DNA of 64,000 bases from an uncultured bacterium (GCA_963822585.1 CAWGIE010000019.1:288001-352000), one strand, 5' to 3'; counted from the first letter of the stretch, positions 20,196 to 30,275 are shown. The notes: generated from the letters alone by a model not told the origin. Numbers and translations: made by a program.

Positions 20196-21091
20196 GGCGA
20201 TTCGATTACCTTTGATGGTGGTGGTGGGTTTCCCCACAGGATGTGCGAGGGATCCTGCCGGGCCGATTCAGTCAGCTGGCGCAGGTTGTCGGAGACGATC
20301 CGCGCGTCCTCGACTACTTCCGCCAGGCTCCCCTTCTGCTCGCTTACCCAGTCGGAGAGTCTCTGCAAGGTCATGTTGAGGCGGGCCGTTATCTCGGGGA
20401 TACTGTTCGAGGCTTGCCGCAGGTTGGCCAGGGTCGGGGACGCCTCATCCCGGAGATTGGCGATCAGCGGCCTGATATCCTTTTCCAGCATCTCATTGAC
20501 CGAGGCCAGTGTCCGGTCGACTTTTTCTCCCACGGCCGCGAAGTCCACTTCCGCCAGGCTGTCCAGCGTTTTCTCCAGCGAGGAACTCAGCCGGGCCAGG
20601 GTTCCGGGAACCGCGGGGATGTAGGGGTTCTCCGGCGTCCAGTCGATCTTCAGTTCCTCGATCTTGGCCGGGTCGTAGTACGAGGCGTCAAGAAAACAGA
20701 TCCCGGTGATCCCCTGGGAGGCCAGGGTGAGCCGGAGCCCCTTATCGACCACCTGCCGAGTATGCACCTTCAATACTTCCTGGTCCTGGTCGGGCGTCCT
20801 GGCCCCGATAGCGGAGGGATCGATGGTGAAGAGCACATAGACATAATTATGCTCGGTCTCGTACATTTCATACACGAACTTGATCTGGCTGACCGAGCCG
20901 ATCTTGACACCCATCATCTTCACCGGAGATCCGATATCGAGCCCCTGAACGGAGCTGTCGATATAGGTCTCGAAGGTCCATTCCTTCCTGAACATTTCCC
21001 GGGCGCCCAGGAAAAAGAGTCCGACCAGGAGGATCACCACGGCGATAATGACAAACATCCCCAGTTTAAAATAATTTGTCTTCTGACTCAT
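20192..21091 (-). CDS. MlaD/MCE family protein
   Basis: NYFKLGMFV, SVQGLDIGSPVKMMGVKIGSV and a helical C-terminus. Confidence 0.92.
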   Translation of the reverse strand: MSQKTNYFKLGMFVIIAVVILLVGLFFLGAREMFRKEWTFETYIDSSVQGLDIGSPVKMMGVKIGSVSQIKFVYEMYETEHNYVYVLFTIDPSAIGARTPDQDQEVLKVHTRQVVDKGLRLTLASQGITGICFLDASYYDPAKIEELKIDWTPENPYIPAVPGTLARLSSSLEKTLDSLAEVDFAAVGEKVDRTLASVNEMLEKDIRPLIANLRDEASPTLANLRQASNSIPEITARLNMTLQRLSDWVSEQKGSLAEVVEDARIVSDNLRQLTESARQDPSHILWGNPPPPSKVIESP

Positions 21092-21123
21092 AATCTCTCC
21101 CTTTTTCTCTAACTGAAAGAATC

Positions 21124-21395
21124 GCCGCAAAAAGACGCAAAAAGCGCAAAAGTAGTAATCAACATCGGTTGAGATATTTCCTAATCTCAGATTTGGATAG
21201 ATCAAAATGAACCAGCAGCCGATCTAATAACGAGAGAAAAAATTGCCACCATCTTGCGGATTATATAAAACGAACATCTTTTTCGCAGACATTTATCATA
21301 AATATTTTTTGCGTATTTTGCGCCTTTTTGCGGCTATTTAATGGGGCCGAGGCGGGGTCTCTATAATTAAATGTATTTTGCGCTTTTTTGCGGCT
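21124..21395. repeat. 9-mer inverted-repeat cassette (GCCGCAAAA...TTTTGCGGC) inside the mla operon
   Basis: Left arm 21124-21151; right arms near 21307-21334 and 21376-21395. Confidence 0.75.
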
Positions 21396-21396
21396 A

Positions 21397-22212
21397 TTAC
21401 TCGATCCCTTCCGGTGCTTCCTCCCGGTTGAAAAAGCTCCTTACCCAGGGGTTCTCCGAATGGTCCCTCAGTTCCCGGGGGATCCCGGTGGCGACGATCG
21501 TCTTCTCCCGTTTGTCAAGCATGATGACCCGGTCGGCGATGGCGAAGATGCTCGCCAGCTCGTGAGTCACCACCACGAAGGTGGCTCCCAGCGTACCAGC
21601 CAGGCGACGGATCAGCGCGTCCAGTCCGGCCGACGTGATCGGATCGAGACCGGCCGACGGTTCATCAAGGAAGAGGATGTCCGGGTCGAGGGCCATCGCC
21701 CGGGCGATGGCGGCCCGCTTCTGCATCCCCCCGCTGACCTCAGAGGGGAGATGGTTGGTAAAAGCGTCTAATCCCACCAGGGATAGTTTCATCCGGGCGA
21801 TCAGGTTCTTCGCTTCCAGCGGCAGGTCCGTGAACTCGTCGAGGGGAAGCCGAACGTTCTCGATCAGCGTCAGCGAGCCGAAGAGAGCCCCATCCTGGTA
21901 CATGACACCGATTTTCTTCAGGAGTTCGTCCCGATCCTTTCCGTAAGCGGTGACCATGTCCTCCCCTTCGATAAAGACCTGGCCGGTGAGCGGCTGCTCG
22001 AGGCCGATCATCTGCCGCATGATCGAGCTCTTCCCGCAGCCCGACCCGCCCAGGATGATAAAGACCTCCCCCGGCATCACGTCGAAGGAAACATCCTTCA
22101 GGATGGTGTTCTCGCCGTAGCGGATCGTAACACCACGAACCTTGATAATTGGTTCCGTTATCCCCCCATTGAGAACAGCTACACTATTAATTGTTGAATC
22201 TTGATTTATCAT
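21397..22212 (-). CDS. MlaF-like ABC transporter ATP-binding protein
   Basis: GGSGCGKS, SGGMQKR and DEPSAGLDP. Confidence 0.94.
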   Translation of the reverse strand: MINQDSTINSVAVLNGGITEPIIKVRGVTIRYGENTILKDVSFDVMPGEVFIILGGSGCGKSSIMRQMIGLEQPLTGQVFIEGEDMVTAYGKDRDELLKKIGVMYQDGALFGSLTLIENVRLPLDEFTDLPLEAKNLIARMKLSLVGLDAFTNHLPSEVSGGMQKRAAIARAMALDPDILFLDEPSAGLDPITSAGLDALIRRLAGTLGATFVVVTHELASIFAIADRVIMLDKREKTIVATGIPRELRDHSENPWVRSFFNREEAPEGIE

Positions 22213-22224
22213 AAATATATTTCA

Positions 22225-22765
22225 ACCACGAAGGACACGAAGAACACGAAGAAAAAATAAATAATACCGGAATAAAATCGCTGCTCTATACGACTAACAT
22301 ATAACTTCACTTTTCTTTTGTTTTTAACCAACAAGGCAATTGAGCTAAAGGAAAGATATATTATGGAATTTTATCCTTTATCAAATAAAGTAATCGGCTG
22401 CGCCCTGGAAGTGCATCGTGTGCTTGGACCCGGATTATTAGAATCTACGTATGAACAATGTCTTGCCCACGAACTATCTTTGGCAGCTATATCTTTTAAG
22501 CTCCAGGCTCCCCTCCCTGTGAATTACAAGAATGTAATTATCGACTGTGGTTATCGCATTGATGTTTTGGTCGATAATAAGTTGATTATTGAAATTAAGA
22601 GTGTGGAAAAGATCCTCGATGTCCACCGCGCTCAATTGCTTACTTATATGAAGCTATCCGGCATATCCATCGGACTGCTCATGAATTTCAATGTCGAAAT
22701 ATTTAAAACCGGTCTAAAACGATTTGTACTTTAATCCCCTTCGTGTTCTTCGTGTCCTTCGTGGT
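22225..22765. mobile_element. ACCACGAAG inverted-repeat cassette carrying a GxxExxY gene
   Basis: Perfect 27-nt inverted arms at 22225-22251 and 22739-22765 enclose a single AT-rich ORF between mlaE and mlaF. Confidence 0.75.
22363..22734 (+). CDS. GxxExxY protein (PD-(D/E)XK nuclease-like)
   Basis: LGPGLLESTYE, RIDVLV..LIIEIKSV, AQLLTY and GLLMNF. Confidence 0.93.
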   Translation: MEFYPLSNKVIGCALEVHRVLGPGLLESTYEQCLAHELSLAAISFKLQAPLPVNYKNVIIDCGYRIDVLVDNKLIIEIKSVEKILDVHRAQLLTYMKLSGISIGLLMNFNVEIFKTGLKRFVL

Positions 22766-22800
22766 GAATTAATTATTTTTTTTATTCTTCGTGGTGAATT

Positions 22801-23946
22801 TTATATCCCGAGGTAATAGAAGATGACCGCGAAGATCCCGTCCGAGAAAATGATCAGGATGATGCTGCTCACCACCGCCTGGGTGGTGGACACCCCGACC
22901 GACTGGGCGCCGGCCTTGGTCTGGAGACCGCGGAGGCATCCGACACCCGAGATCAGAAGGCCGAAGACCAGCGTCTTGAAGAGCCCCCCCAGAAGGTCGC
23001 CCATGCTCACCGAATCGACCAGCCGGCTGAGGCAGGTGATCAGCGGGTACCCCATCCCCATGACCACGAAGATGGCGCCGATCATGCCGAAGACGTTGGT
23101 GAATATGGCCAGAAGCGGCATCACCAGTATCCCCGCCAGAACCTTGGGCACGGCCAGGAACTTGACCGGGTTGAGACCCATCGTGATCAGGGCATTGACC
23201 TCGTCGTTGACCTTCATCGTCCCGATCTCGGCGGCGAAGGACGAGCCGGAACGGCCGGCCACGATGATGGCGGTGATCAGCGGGCCCAGTTCCCGCACCA
23301 GGGTGATGGCGACCAGGTTGATGATGAAGATATCGGCGCCGTACTGCTTCATCGGGACCCCGGCCTGGAAGGCCAGAATCAGCCCGATCAGGAAGCCCAT
23401 CAGGGCGATGATGGGGATCGCGTTCACACCGGCGGCCTCCATCACCCCCCAGCACTTCTTCCAGCGCGCCTGCGCCGGGTGCAGGACGGCAAAGAAGAGG
23501 GCGGAAGAGAGCTCACCAATGAAGGCGACGGTGGTGCGAAGGTTTCCCAGCCAGGAAGCCAGGGCCCGTCCCACCTCTCCCGGGAGGGATTCCCGGCTCC
23601 TTTCCCTCCTCCCCTTGTCGCGGAAAATATCGGATGGGAAAAGTTCCAGCAGGTGATAATACTTCTCCGGGAAGTTGCGGATTTCGAATGTGCCCCCCTG
23701 TTCTTCCTGGTGGGCCTTGAGATCTACCAGCAGCCCGATCCCGGCCACGTCGCAGTAGGTGACCCCGGCGCCGTCGATAATGAGCTGTCGGGGCTTCTCC
23801 TTCGCCAGGAGTGTAACCGCCTCTCTCCAGACATCACCCCCGCCCCGGGCCTCCAGGCTTCCCCGGAGGAAATAGACAGTCCGCTCATCCTCCTTCTCCA
23901 CCTTCAGGCCGGGCTCTCGCTCGGCTGCATTATCCCGTTTCAGCAT
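22801..23946 (-). CDS. STAS-MlaE ABC permease
   Basis: N-terminal STAS-like region; RELGPLITAIIVAGRSGSSFAAEIGTM. Confidence 0.94.
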   Translation of the reverse strand: MLKRDNAAEREPGLKVEKEDERTVYFLRGSLEARGGGDVWREAVTLLAKEKPRQLIIDGAGVTYCDVAGIGLLVDLKAHQEEQGGTFEIRNFPEKYYHLLELFPSDIFRDKGRRERSRESLPGEVGRALASWLGNLRTTVAFIGELSSALFFAVLHPAQARWKKCWGVMEAAGVNAIPIIALMGFLIGLILAFQAGVPMKQYGADIFIINLVAITLVRELGPLITAIIVAGRSGSSFAAEIGTMKVNDEVNALITMGLNPVKFLAVPKVLAGILVMPLLAIFTNVFGMIGAIFVVMGMGYPLITCLSRLVDSVSMGDLLGGLFKTLVFGLLISGVGCLRGLQTKAGAQSVGVSTTQAVVSSIILIIFSDGIFAVIFYYLGI

Positions 23947-24123
23947 TAACCTTACCCATAAATTAGCGCCTCCGGCGCTAATTTAGTAAATTTTCTCTTT
24001 CTAAATAGAATACAGATTGATAGCGATCCAAAAATTAGTTCAGGTCCAACCGTTCAATCCATAACGGCAAGCCCTTAGTATCATAAAGCAAAACTGATTA
24101 TTTTATTCCGGGGGCTTTTTCTT

Positions 24124-24178
24124 CTGTTTCGGAATTCCAATAACCGGATTTTATCCTGTTATTGGAATCCCGAAACAG
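24124..24178. repeat. 21-bp inverted repeat (20/21 match)
   Basis: CTGTTTCGGAATTCCAATAAC...GTTATTGGAATCCCGAAACAG. Confidence 0.75.
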
Positions 24179-24287
24179 TGAAGTACCTTTTCGTTCGATT
24201 ATAAACCCGGAATACCGGGTGGTCACGGTAAATATTCGCTCATCGAATTAGTTTCTCAAACTGAATCCCGGTGGTCAAGCTCGGTCG

Positions 24288-24328
24288 GCCGGGAGCAGAT
24301 CGTCGCCCAGACCGGGAAGGCCCTCCGG
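24288..24328 (+). repeat. 41-bp exact direct repeat of 26406-26446
   Basis: GCCGGGAGCAGATCGTCGCCCAGACCGGGAAGGCCCTCCGG at both sites. Confidence 0.9.
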
Positions 24329-24448
24329 CCCGGCGGCGGGGCCATCAGGTGAACGGCCAGCTTGTGTTTCGGTTTCTCTGTAGTGTTGTTTCCCATCTGA
24401 ATGCTCTTGTAAATCAGGTCGCGTATTGCTCAAATAATAAAACTTTAA

Positions 24449-25270
24449 TCATCCTGCCCTTTGTCCACCTGAGGCCAGAAGCTGTAACACGTTCTCCCGG
24501 GTGAAAATATTCAGATCGGCCGGCCGCTCCAGAAAAGATGTCACGTCCCGTTCAACCATTTTCCAGTCCGCCGTCTCCACCACCCGCAAGAGCCGCATTC
24601 TCCAATCGTTTTCTGAAGGGAAAGATTCTTCCCATCCAGCCTGGCAAAGACCATTACGAAGAAGATTAAAATTCGGCGAAAGATCGGGCCAGCGGGAGAG
24701 ATACCATCCGAGATCGAAAAAATCGCGGCCCTTGGTATAGCTCCTGCACAAAAGCGCGTTAAGCTTACCGGCAAACAGGGAGGGCAGATCGTAGGTGGCA
24801 TAGGCAAGAGGAAAGTAAATGTCACTGATATGGGTGGCGAGGATTGCTCCTTCGGGAGGGCGGGTGTCGATATCGATCTTGATTGACAATTTCTGGTTGC
24901 GATGAGGAGAAATTCCCGCCTCGAACATAATACCGACGAATCCAATCAGTGCGTATTGTACCGTCTTGCCGGCATTGTATTTGATGGTGACATCGTACCC
25001 TGACATCTCCAGTTCCCGCTTCAGCTTCAGCATCCCTGGCTCGAACGGATATAACTCTCCGCCGGTAACTGAAAAATCCATGTCTTCCGAGAATCGGGGA
25101 ATCCGGTAAAGAAATCGCAGGGCGGTACCTCCGACGAATGCAGAGAGATCAAAGAAGCCGTCATCAAACAAAATTCTCAGGATGTAAGCCTGAAGATATT
25201 CCCGCAGGGAGTTTAATTTTTCATTGTATCCGGTCCTGGAGGAGGCTACTTGAAGCGCATAGTCTTTCAT
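24449..25270 (-). CDS. AbiEii/AbiGii nucleotidyltransferase toxin (type IV TA)
   Basis: FVGGTALR, RFSEDMDF and KGRDFFD. Confidence 0.92.
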   Translation of the reverse strand: MKDYALQVASSRTGYNEKLNSLREYLQAYILRILFDDGFFDLSAFVGGTALRFLYRIPRFSEDMDFSVTGGELYPFEPGMLKLKRELEMSGYDVTIKYNAGKTVQYALIGFVGIMFEAGISPHRNQKLSIKIDIDTRPPEGAILATHISDIYFPLAYATYDLPSLFAGKLNALLCRSYTKGRDFFDLGWYLSRWPDLSPNFNLLRNGLCQAGWEESFPSENDWRMRLLRVVETADWKMVERDVTSFLERPADLNIFTRENVLQLLASGGQRAG

Positions 25271-25905
25271 AACTCTTTCTCCATGGAGACAACTTCTTCC
25301 AGGTGTTCCCGGATGGAATCAGCAGCCTTGATGATCCTCGGCTTTTTAAACCGGCGGGCATATTTAAGAAGGCGGTCGAGATCGAACTTTTTGACATTTT
25401 GAAGCCGCAGTTCCCGAATGTAGCCGGAGGGGAGTTTTCTCCGGTATAGATAAACGAGGTCGAGCAGCGCCTTCTCGGGTGAAGCGATCAATGCAGTCTG
25501 ACCGCGCACGGTATGGCCTTCATATCCCCAGAAGAGGGAAGAATCGATATGCCGGTAAGAGAAGGTCCCCACCGGACAACGAAACGATGCCTGCCGTTTC
25601 GGCGTGACGGACGTATAGACCGGCACAGCCTCCGGGATACAGTTGTGGTATTCGAGCGCCTTTTCCAGGCTGAGATAGGAGGGCATTTTGAGTAACGAGG
25701 CGAGATACGGCTCCCATAACTCGGTCCTGCGATAGGGTTCGGCCAGCAGGTAAACGCCGCGTTTTATCTTTATAAGCTTCCCGGCCTGTTCCCATCGCCC
25801 GATATGGACCTGGAGTGAGGAGGGATGTGTAAATCCGGTCAAAAGAATCCTGGACTCGATAACCGGATACTCCCCGGCAATCTGGATAAATTCCTCCCAT
25901 TTCAT
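25267..25905 (-). CDS. AbiEi-type antitoxin
   Basis: KRGVY, SYLSLEKAL, IPE and ASPEKALLD; overlaps the toxin start. Confidence 0.88.
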   Translation of the reverse strand: MKWEEFIQIAGEYPVIESRILLTGFTHPSSLQVHIGRWEQAGKLIKIKRGVYLLAEPYRRTELWEPYLASLLKMPSYLSLEKALEYHNCIPEAVPVYTSVTPKRQASFRCPVGTFSYRHIDSSLFWGYEGHTVRGQTALIASPEKALLDLVYLYRRKLPSGYIRELRLQNVKKFDLDRLLKYARRFKKPRIIKAADSIREHLEEVVSMEKEL

Positions 25906-25914
25906 GGCATCAAC

Positions 25915-25930
25915 TTAACATTTATGTTAA
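25915..25930. promoter_or_regulatory. Palindrome TTAACAT-TT-ATGTTAA, candidate AbiEi operator
   Basis: Lies 10 bp upstream of the antitoxin start; AbiEi proteins autoregulate through promoter inverted repeats. Confidence 0.55.
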
Positions 25931-26140
25931 ATTAACGCAATGATTATATTAAAAATACAGCACGATCTTTTTTGGGAATGCGTGTGGTCTTTTGTTTGGA
26001 GCTTATAAATTCCGGGAACACGATACTGAACACGGCAATTATATGCCGTTTGACTACCCTATTTAATAGTATGTCCCCGGAACTGTTACCCGGATATTTA
26101 TGAATTATCACAGATAGATCGCATATGGTATATTCACCCC

Positions 26141-26776
26141 GTAGCAGTTTATCGTAACCGTAAAGAATCGGGGAGGGTTCTCGCATCGCTGCTGCCCCCA
26201 CGCGAGAACGGGACGGTGGTCCTGGCCATCCCCAACGGCGGGGTGGTCGTGGGAGCCGCCCTCGCCCGGGAACTCGACCTTCCTCTCCTCCCCATAATCA
26301 TCCGCAAGATTCAGATCCCCTGGAACACCGAGTCGGGCTTCGGCTCGGTGGCCTCGGATGGCACCGTCCTCTATAACGAGGATCTCCTGCCCCGCCTCGG
26401 GATAAGCCGGGAGCAGATCGTCGCCCAGACCGGGAAGGCCCTCCGGTCCGTCGAGGACCGCCTCCGGCTCTACGGCGCCCCCCGGGAGTTTCCCCGGCTG
26501 GCGGGGAAGACCGTGATCATCACCGATGACGGACTCGCCTCGGGGGTAACAATGGAGTCGGCGGTGCGGGTGGTCCGCAAGCACGAACCGGACAAAATCA
26601 TCGTGGCCGTACCGACCGCCTCTACGGGAGCCTACCAACGGATCGCGCCATTGGTTGACGAGCTGGTCTGCCCCGACGTCCGGGGAGGCTGGGTCTTCGC
26701 GGTGGCGGCCGCCTACGAAGACTGGTACGACGTGACCGACGAAGAGGTCAAAGCGATCCTCTCCTCTCCACACTGA
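26141..26776 (+). CDS. Phosphoribosyltransferase family protein (5' end possibly frameshifted)
   Basis: IITDDGLASG PRPP motif. The in-frame upstream YRNRKESGRVLA resembles the family N-terminus, but the nearest ATG (26125) is out of frame by 1. Confidence 0.8.
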   Translation, partial: VAVYRNRKESGRVLASLLPPRENGTVVLAIPNGGVVVGAALARELDLPLLPIIIRKIQIPWNTESGFGSVASDGTVLYNEDLLPRLGISREQIVAQTGKALRSVEDRLRLYGAPREFPRLAGKTVIITDDGLASGVTMESAVRVVRKHEPDKIIVAVPTASTGAYQRIAPLVDELVCPDVRGGWVFAVAAAYEDWYDVTDEEVKAILSSPH

Positions 26777-26840
26777 TCCATCTCATCTAATTCCCCGTCT
26801 CTATTATTCGGATAGGCCCTTTGACCCGGCTTTTCCGGAA

Positions 26841-27789
26841 TTACCCTTCCCCCGCCCGAAGAGCGGGAACACGGGCGAAGGAACCGAGCATTGATCCCAC
26901 CACCACCAGGCAGGCACCCGCGATACCGAGCGGGCCTAGTTCTTCGGGGGCGAGATAGAGGGGGAAAAGGGCCGCGCCGCCGGCGGCGACGCCGAGGGTG
27001 ACCAGGGGGGTGATCGCAACGACCAGACTGACCCGGGAGGCCTCGAGATGGTCGAGCGCCTCCGAGAAACAGCCATAGGCGATGATCGTATTGATGGCGC
27101 AGAAGGCGAGCAGGCCGAGGCGTACCGGATCGAGGTCCAGTGATCCGGCCGGGATGAGCAAGAGGAAGGAAGAGAAGCATTCCGCCGAGGTAAATCCGTA
27201 CCATCACGATCTCGGAAGGGAAGTAGCGGAGCAGTTGCTTCTGGGCCAGGGCATAGGCCGTCCAGACCAGGGCGGAGAAAATGATGACAACCGCTCCGAT
27301 CGAGAGGTGATTGATCCCGGAGAATATCTCACCGATACGGCGATGGAAGAAAAGAACGATGCCGCCCAGGAGGAGAACCAGACCCACCCACTGGACGACA
27401 CCGAACTGTTCCCGGAAGATCACCAGTCCCCCGAGGAGAAGCATCATCGGGGCAATCTGGATCATGACCACCGCCATCCCGGGCGACATGAACTTCACCC
27501 CCAGGGCGTACGTGACGTAGTTCCCCCCCAGCCCGAGTATGGTAACCAGGGTGAGAATGATGGCGACTCCCCGAGCTTTAAAGATGGGTGTGACGCCGTA
27601 GCGGCGGACGATGAAGAGCGAGAGGAGGAGCCCCGCCCCCAGAAACCGGAACCAGACGATGGTGAAGGCGTCGATCTTTTCAAGCAGGACCTTGAGAACA
27701 ACGGGAAGAATACCCCAGAAAATGGCGGTGGTGAAGGCCAGACCCGCCCCCAGGCGGCGTCGGCCGCTAACCTGATGCATCCGCTTCAT
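26841..27789 (-). pseudogene. EamA/DMT transporter split by a frameshift near 27141
   Basis: The DMT reading continues from ORF 26713-27789 into ORF 26841-27161 (LGLLAFCAINTIIAYGCFSEAL). Confidence 0.8.
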
Positions 27790-27812
27790 TTAACTACCCA
27801 TATTGATAATTC

Positions 27813-27919
27813 ACCACGAAGGACACGAAGAATATTTGGGGAATGGGGATGAGGGAGTGGGGAGTTGAGGCCATTCACCATTCTCTAATCCCTATTCTCT
27901 CTATCGTGTCCTTCGTGGT
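27813..27919. mobile_element. 107-bp ACCACGAAG cassette, heptamer-core subtype (copy 2)
   Basis: Near-identical to 10544-10650. Confidence 0.8.
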
Positions 27920-27928
27920 GAAATATTT

Positions 27929-28993
27929 TTAATCTCCGGACTTGACGTCCGAGAGGGCGAGACCGTTCTTGGTCGTGTTCTTGATCCGGTACATCAGGTG
28001 ATCGGCGGCCAGAAGCAATTCCTTGGCGGTTTCCCCGTCTTCCGGGAACAGGGCCAACCCGAAGCTGGCCGTCACCCGAACCGGCTTCCCCTCGCTCTGA
28101 AGATAAGCTGAGGAGGCAATCGTCGAGCGGACGGTTTCCACCAGTGCCCGGGCGGAAGCCCGGCTCCGACCCGGCAGGACGAGCACGTATTCGTCGCCCC
28201 CGTATTTGAAGACCATGTCGCTCGGGGCCAGGCAGCCCAGGATGGTTGAACCGATCTCCTTCAACGCCCGGCTCCCCAGCAGGTGCCCGTGTTCATCAAC
28301 CAGTCCCTTGAAGTTGTCGATATCGGCGAAAACAACCCCGACGGGTGAGCCTTTTTCGCGGGCAGCGCGGACAATGCCCTCCAGCACTCGATAGAGATGT
28401 CGCACGTTGAAAAGACCGGTATATTCATCAATGATACTCAGCCGGTGAACGGTGGCTACATACCGGGAGTTTTCGATGGCGATCGCGGCATAGTCGGCCA
28501 GCGCCTGGAGAACCGGGAGGTCTCTTTTCTTGAAGAGCTCGATGTCTTCGACGTTCACGATCTCCATCACGCCCAGGGTCTTGCCGTGGATCTTGAGCGG
28601 GAGACAGACCACAGACCGGGTGGTAAACCCCGAGCGGGCGTCCATCTCCCGGTAAAACCGGGTGTCGCCCTGGACATCGGCCACGAACTCCGCGTTGCCG
28701 GATTGGGCCACGCAGCCGGCGATCCCATGGCCGCACGGTATGCAGAACCCTCGGAGGGACTCCTTCTTGCTCCCTTCCACCACCGCGAATGTCAGCTCCC
28801 CCGTCTCCTGATTTTTTAAAAGGAGCGACCAGTTCTCGGCCGGGATCAGCCGGCTGGCCCGGGAGATGATCAATCGCAGGATTTCGTCCAGGTCCAGGGA
28901 GGAAGTCAAAAGCTTTCCGATCTCGACCAGAACCAGGAGGGTCTCCGGATCGCTGATAGACCAATTTGTTTTCCGCTTCTTCTCTTTCTTCAT
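27929..28993 (-). CDS. GAF-GGDEF diguanylate cyclase
   Basis: GAF domain (GIAGCVA...SVVCLPL), DIDNFK and YGGDEY. Confidence 0.92.
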   Translation of the reverse strand: MKKEKKRKTNWSISDPETLLVLVEIGKLLTSSLDLDEILRLIISRASRLIPAENWSLLLKNQETGELTFAVVEGSKKESLRGFCIPCGHGIAGCVAQSGNAEFVADVQGDTRFYREMDARSGFTTRSVVCLPLKIHGKTLGVMEIVNVEDIELFKKRDLPVLQALADYAAIAIENSRYVATVHRLSIIDEYTGLFNVRHLYRVLEGIVRAAREKGSPVGVVFADIDNFKGLVDEHGHLLGSRALKEIGSTILGCLAPSDMVFKYGGDEYVLVLPGRSRASARALVETVRSTIASSAYLQSEGKPVRVTASFGLALFPEDGETAKELLLAADHLMYRIKNTTKNGLALSDVKSGD

Positions 28994-29105
28994 AAAAAAT
29001 TCCTTTTTTCCATTAAATTAAACTTCCCCTCAAAAACTCAGCTTCGCAACTATTGTGCACCTGATGAAACCAATTGTTCCCCCCACCTCGGCTCCTGATT
29101 TTTAG

Positions 29106-29161
29106 CACCTGATCATTCTGACTGACCTGAAAAAAATCAGAGAAATCAGGTCAATCAGGTG
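29106..29161. repeat. Short 9-mer inverted-repeat cassette (CACCTGA...TCAGGTG)
   Basis: Read directly from the sequence. Confidence 0.65.
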
Positions 29162-29207
29162 TTATATTTAACATATAATGAGATGAGTAACAATAAGGAG
29201 GATACCC

Positions 29208-29660
29208 ATGAAGCGCAGGAGCATGATATTGACCAGGGTGATAATGGCGGTCCGGGCCGCATTGGTAATGGCCGTGGCCGGCTGCTCGGTCGGGTACGGG
29301 ACGAAGATCGGGAGCACCGTGAAGTCGATTAACCATTCCGGCTACACCTATGATCAGATCTTCGACGGCGCCGAGGCGGCGCTGGATGAACTGGGGGTGG
29401 TCACCGCGGCGAATCGGGTGACCGGCGTCATCGAGGGAGAAATTCCTCCCTATCGGGTCAAGGCGATTCTGGAGAAAGGTTCTTCCTGGCTCAAGTTGGA
29501 AGGGATTGAAGAGGAGCAGGGTGCCTGGAAACGGGGGACCGGGAAGGGCGAGTGGTCTCTCTCGATGCTGGACGGGACCTTCCGCTACCGCCAGGGGGCG
29601 GCAACGCTCCAGGAAGCGGTGGATGACTGGAGCCACGCGATCAACCGACGAATACCCTGA
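29208..29660 (+). CDS. Hypothetical lipoprotein
   Basis: AAGGAGG RBS; lipobox VAGC. Confidence 0.75.
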   Translation: MKRRSMILTRVIMAVRAALVMAVAGCSVGYGTKIGSTVKSINHSGYTYDQIFDGAEAALDELGVVTAANRVTGVIEGEIPPYRVKAILEKGSSWLKLEGIEEEQGAWKRGTGKGEWSLSMLDGTFRYRQGAATLQEAVDDWSHAINRRIP

Positions 29661-29795
29661 AAACTCCCATCAGTAATCGGTGATCAGTAAGCGGTAATAT
29701 ATGCGTTCCGGCTTTTGGTAACGGCAATGGGTATTGTATGATGCCGGTGATTCCATAACAGCGCTATAAACCAGATACCAACGGAGGAATAACGG

Positions 29796-30275
29796 ATGCA
29801 TAAAAAAGATACTGAAAAGAAGATCAGTCATCTTCAGCGGAGGGAGATACAGGCCCCGGTGGCCGCGATTCTGATCAGGGGCCTTGGCGGGGAAATCGGC
29901 CGGGAGAAAGCCATGGAAGTGGCCGCCTCGGCCATCCGGGCGGACGCCATCATTGACGGCCGGCAGACGGCCGAGCGCTCCGGCTCCAACACCATGGAGG
30001 AACTGGCCCGGGTGGTCAGAGAGGTATGGGCGGAAGACGACGCGATCAGCATCAAAATGCTGGAAGAGACGGACCGGAGATTGAGCTTCGATGTTGTCCG
30101 CTGCCGTTATGCCGAGCTCTATGACCGCCTGGGAATGAGGGAACTCGGATTCTGCCTTTCCTGCAGCCGGGACGAGGCCTTTACCGAGGGGTTCAATCCG
30201 CGCATCAAGCTGACCAGAACGCAGACCATCATGGAGGGCGCGCCCACCTGCGACTTCCGATTCACCCGCGAGTAA
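29796..30275 (+). CDS. L-2-amino-thiazoline-4-carboxylate hydrolase-like family protein
   Basis: FDVVRCRYAE, LSCSRD and LTRTQTIMEGAPTCDFRF. Confidence 0.85.
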   Translation: MHKKDTEKKISHLQRREIQAPVAAILIRGLGGEIGREKAMEVAASAIRADAIIDGRQTAERSGSNTMEELARVVREVWAEDDAISIKMLEETDRRLSFDVVRCRYAELYDRLGMRELGFCLSCSRDEAFTEGFNPRIKLTRTQTIMEGAPTCDFRFTRE

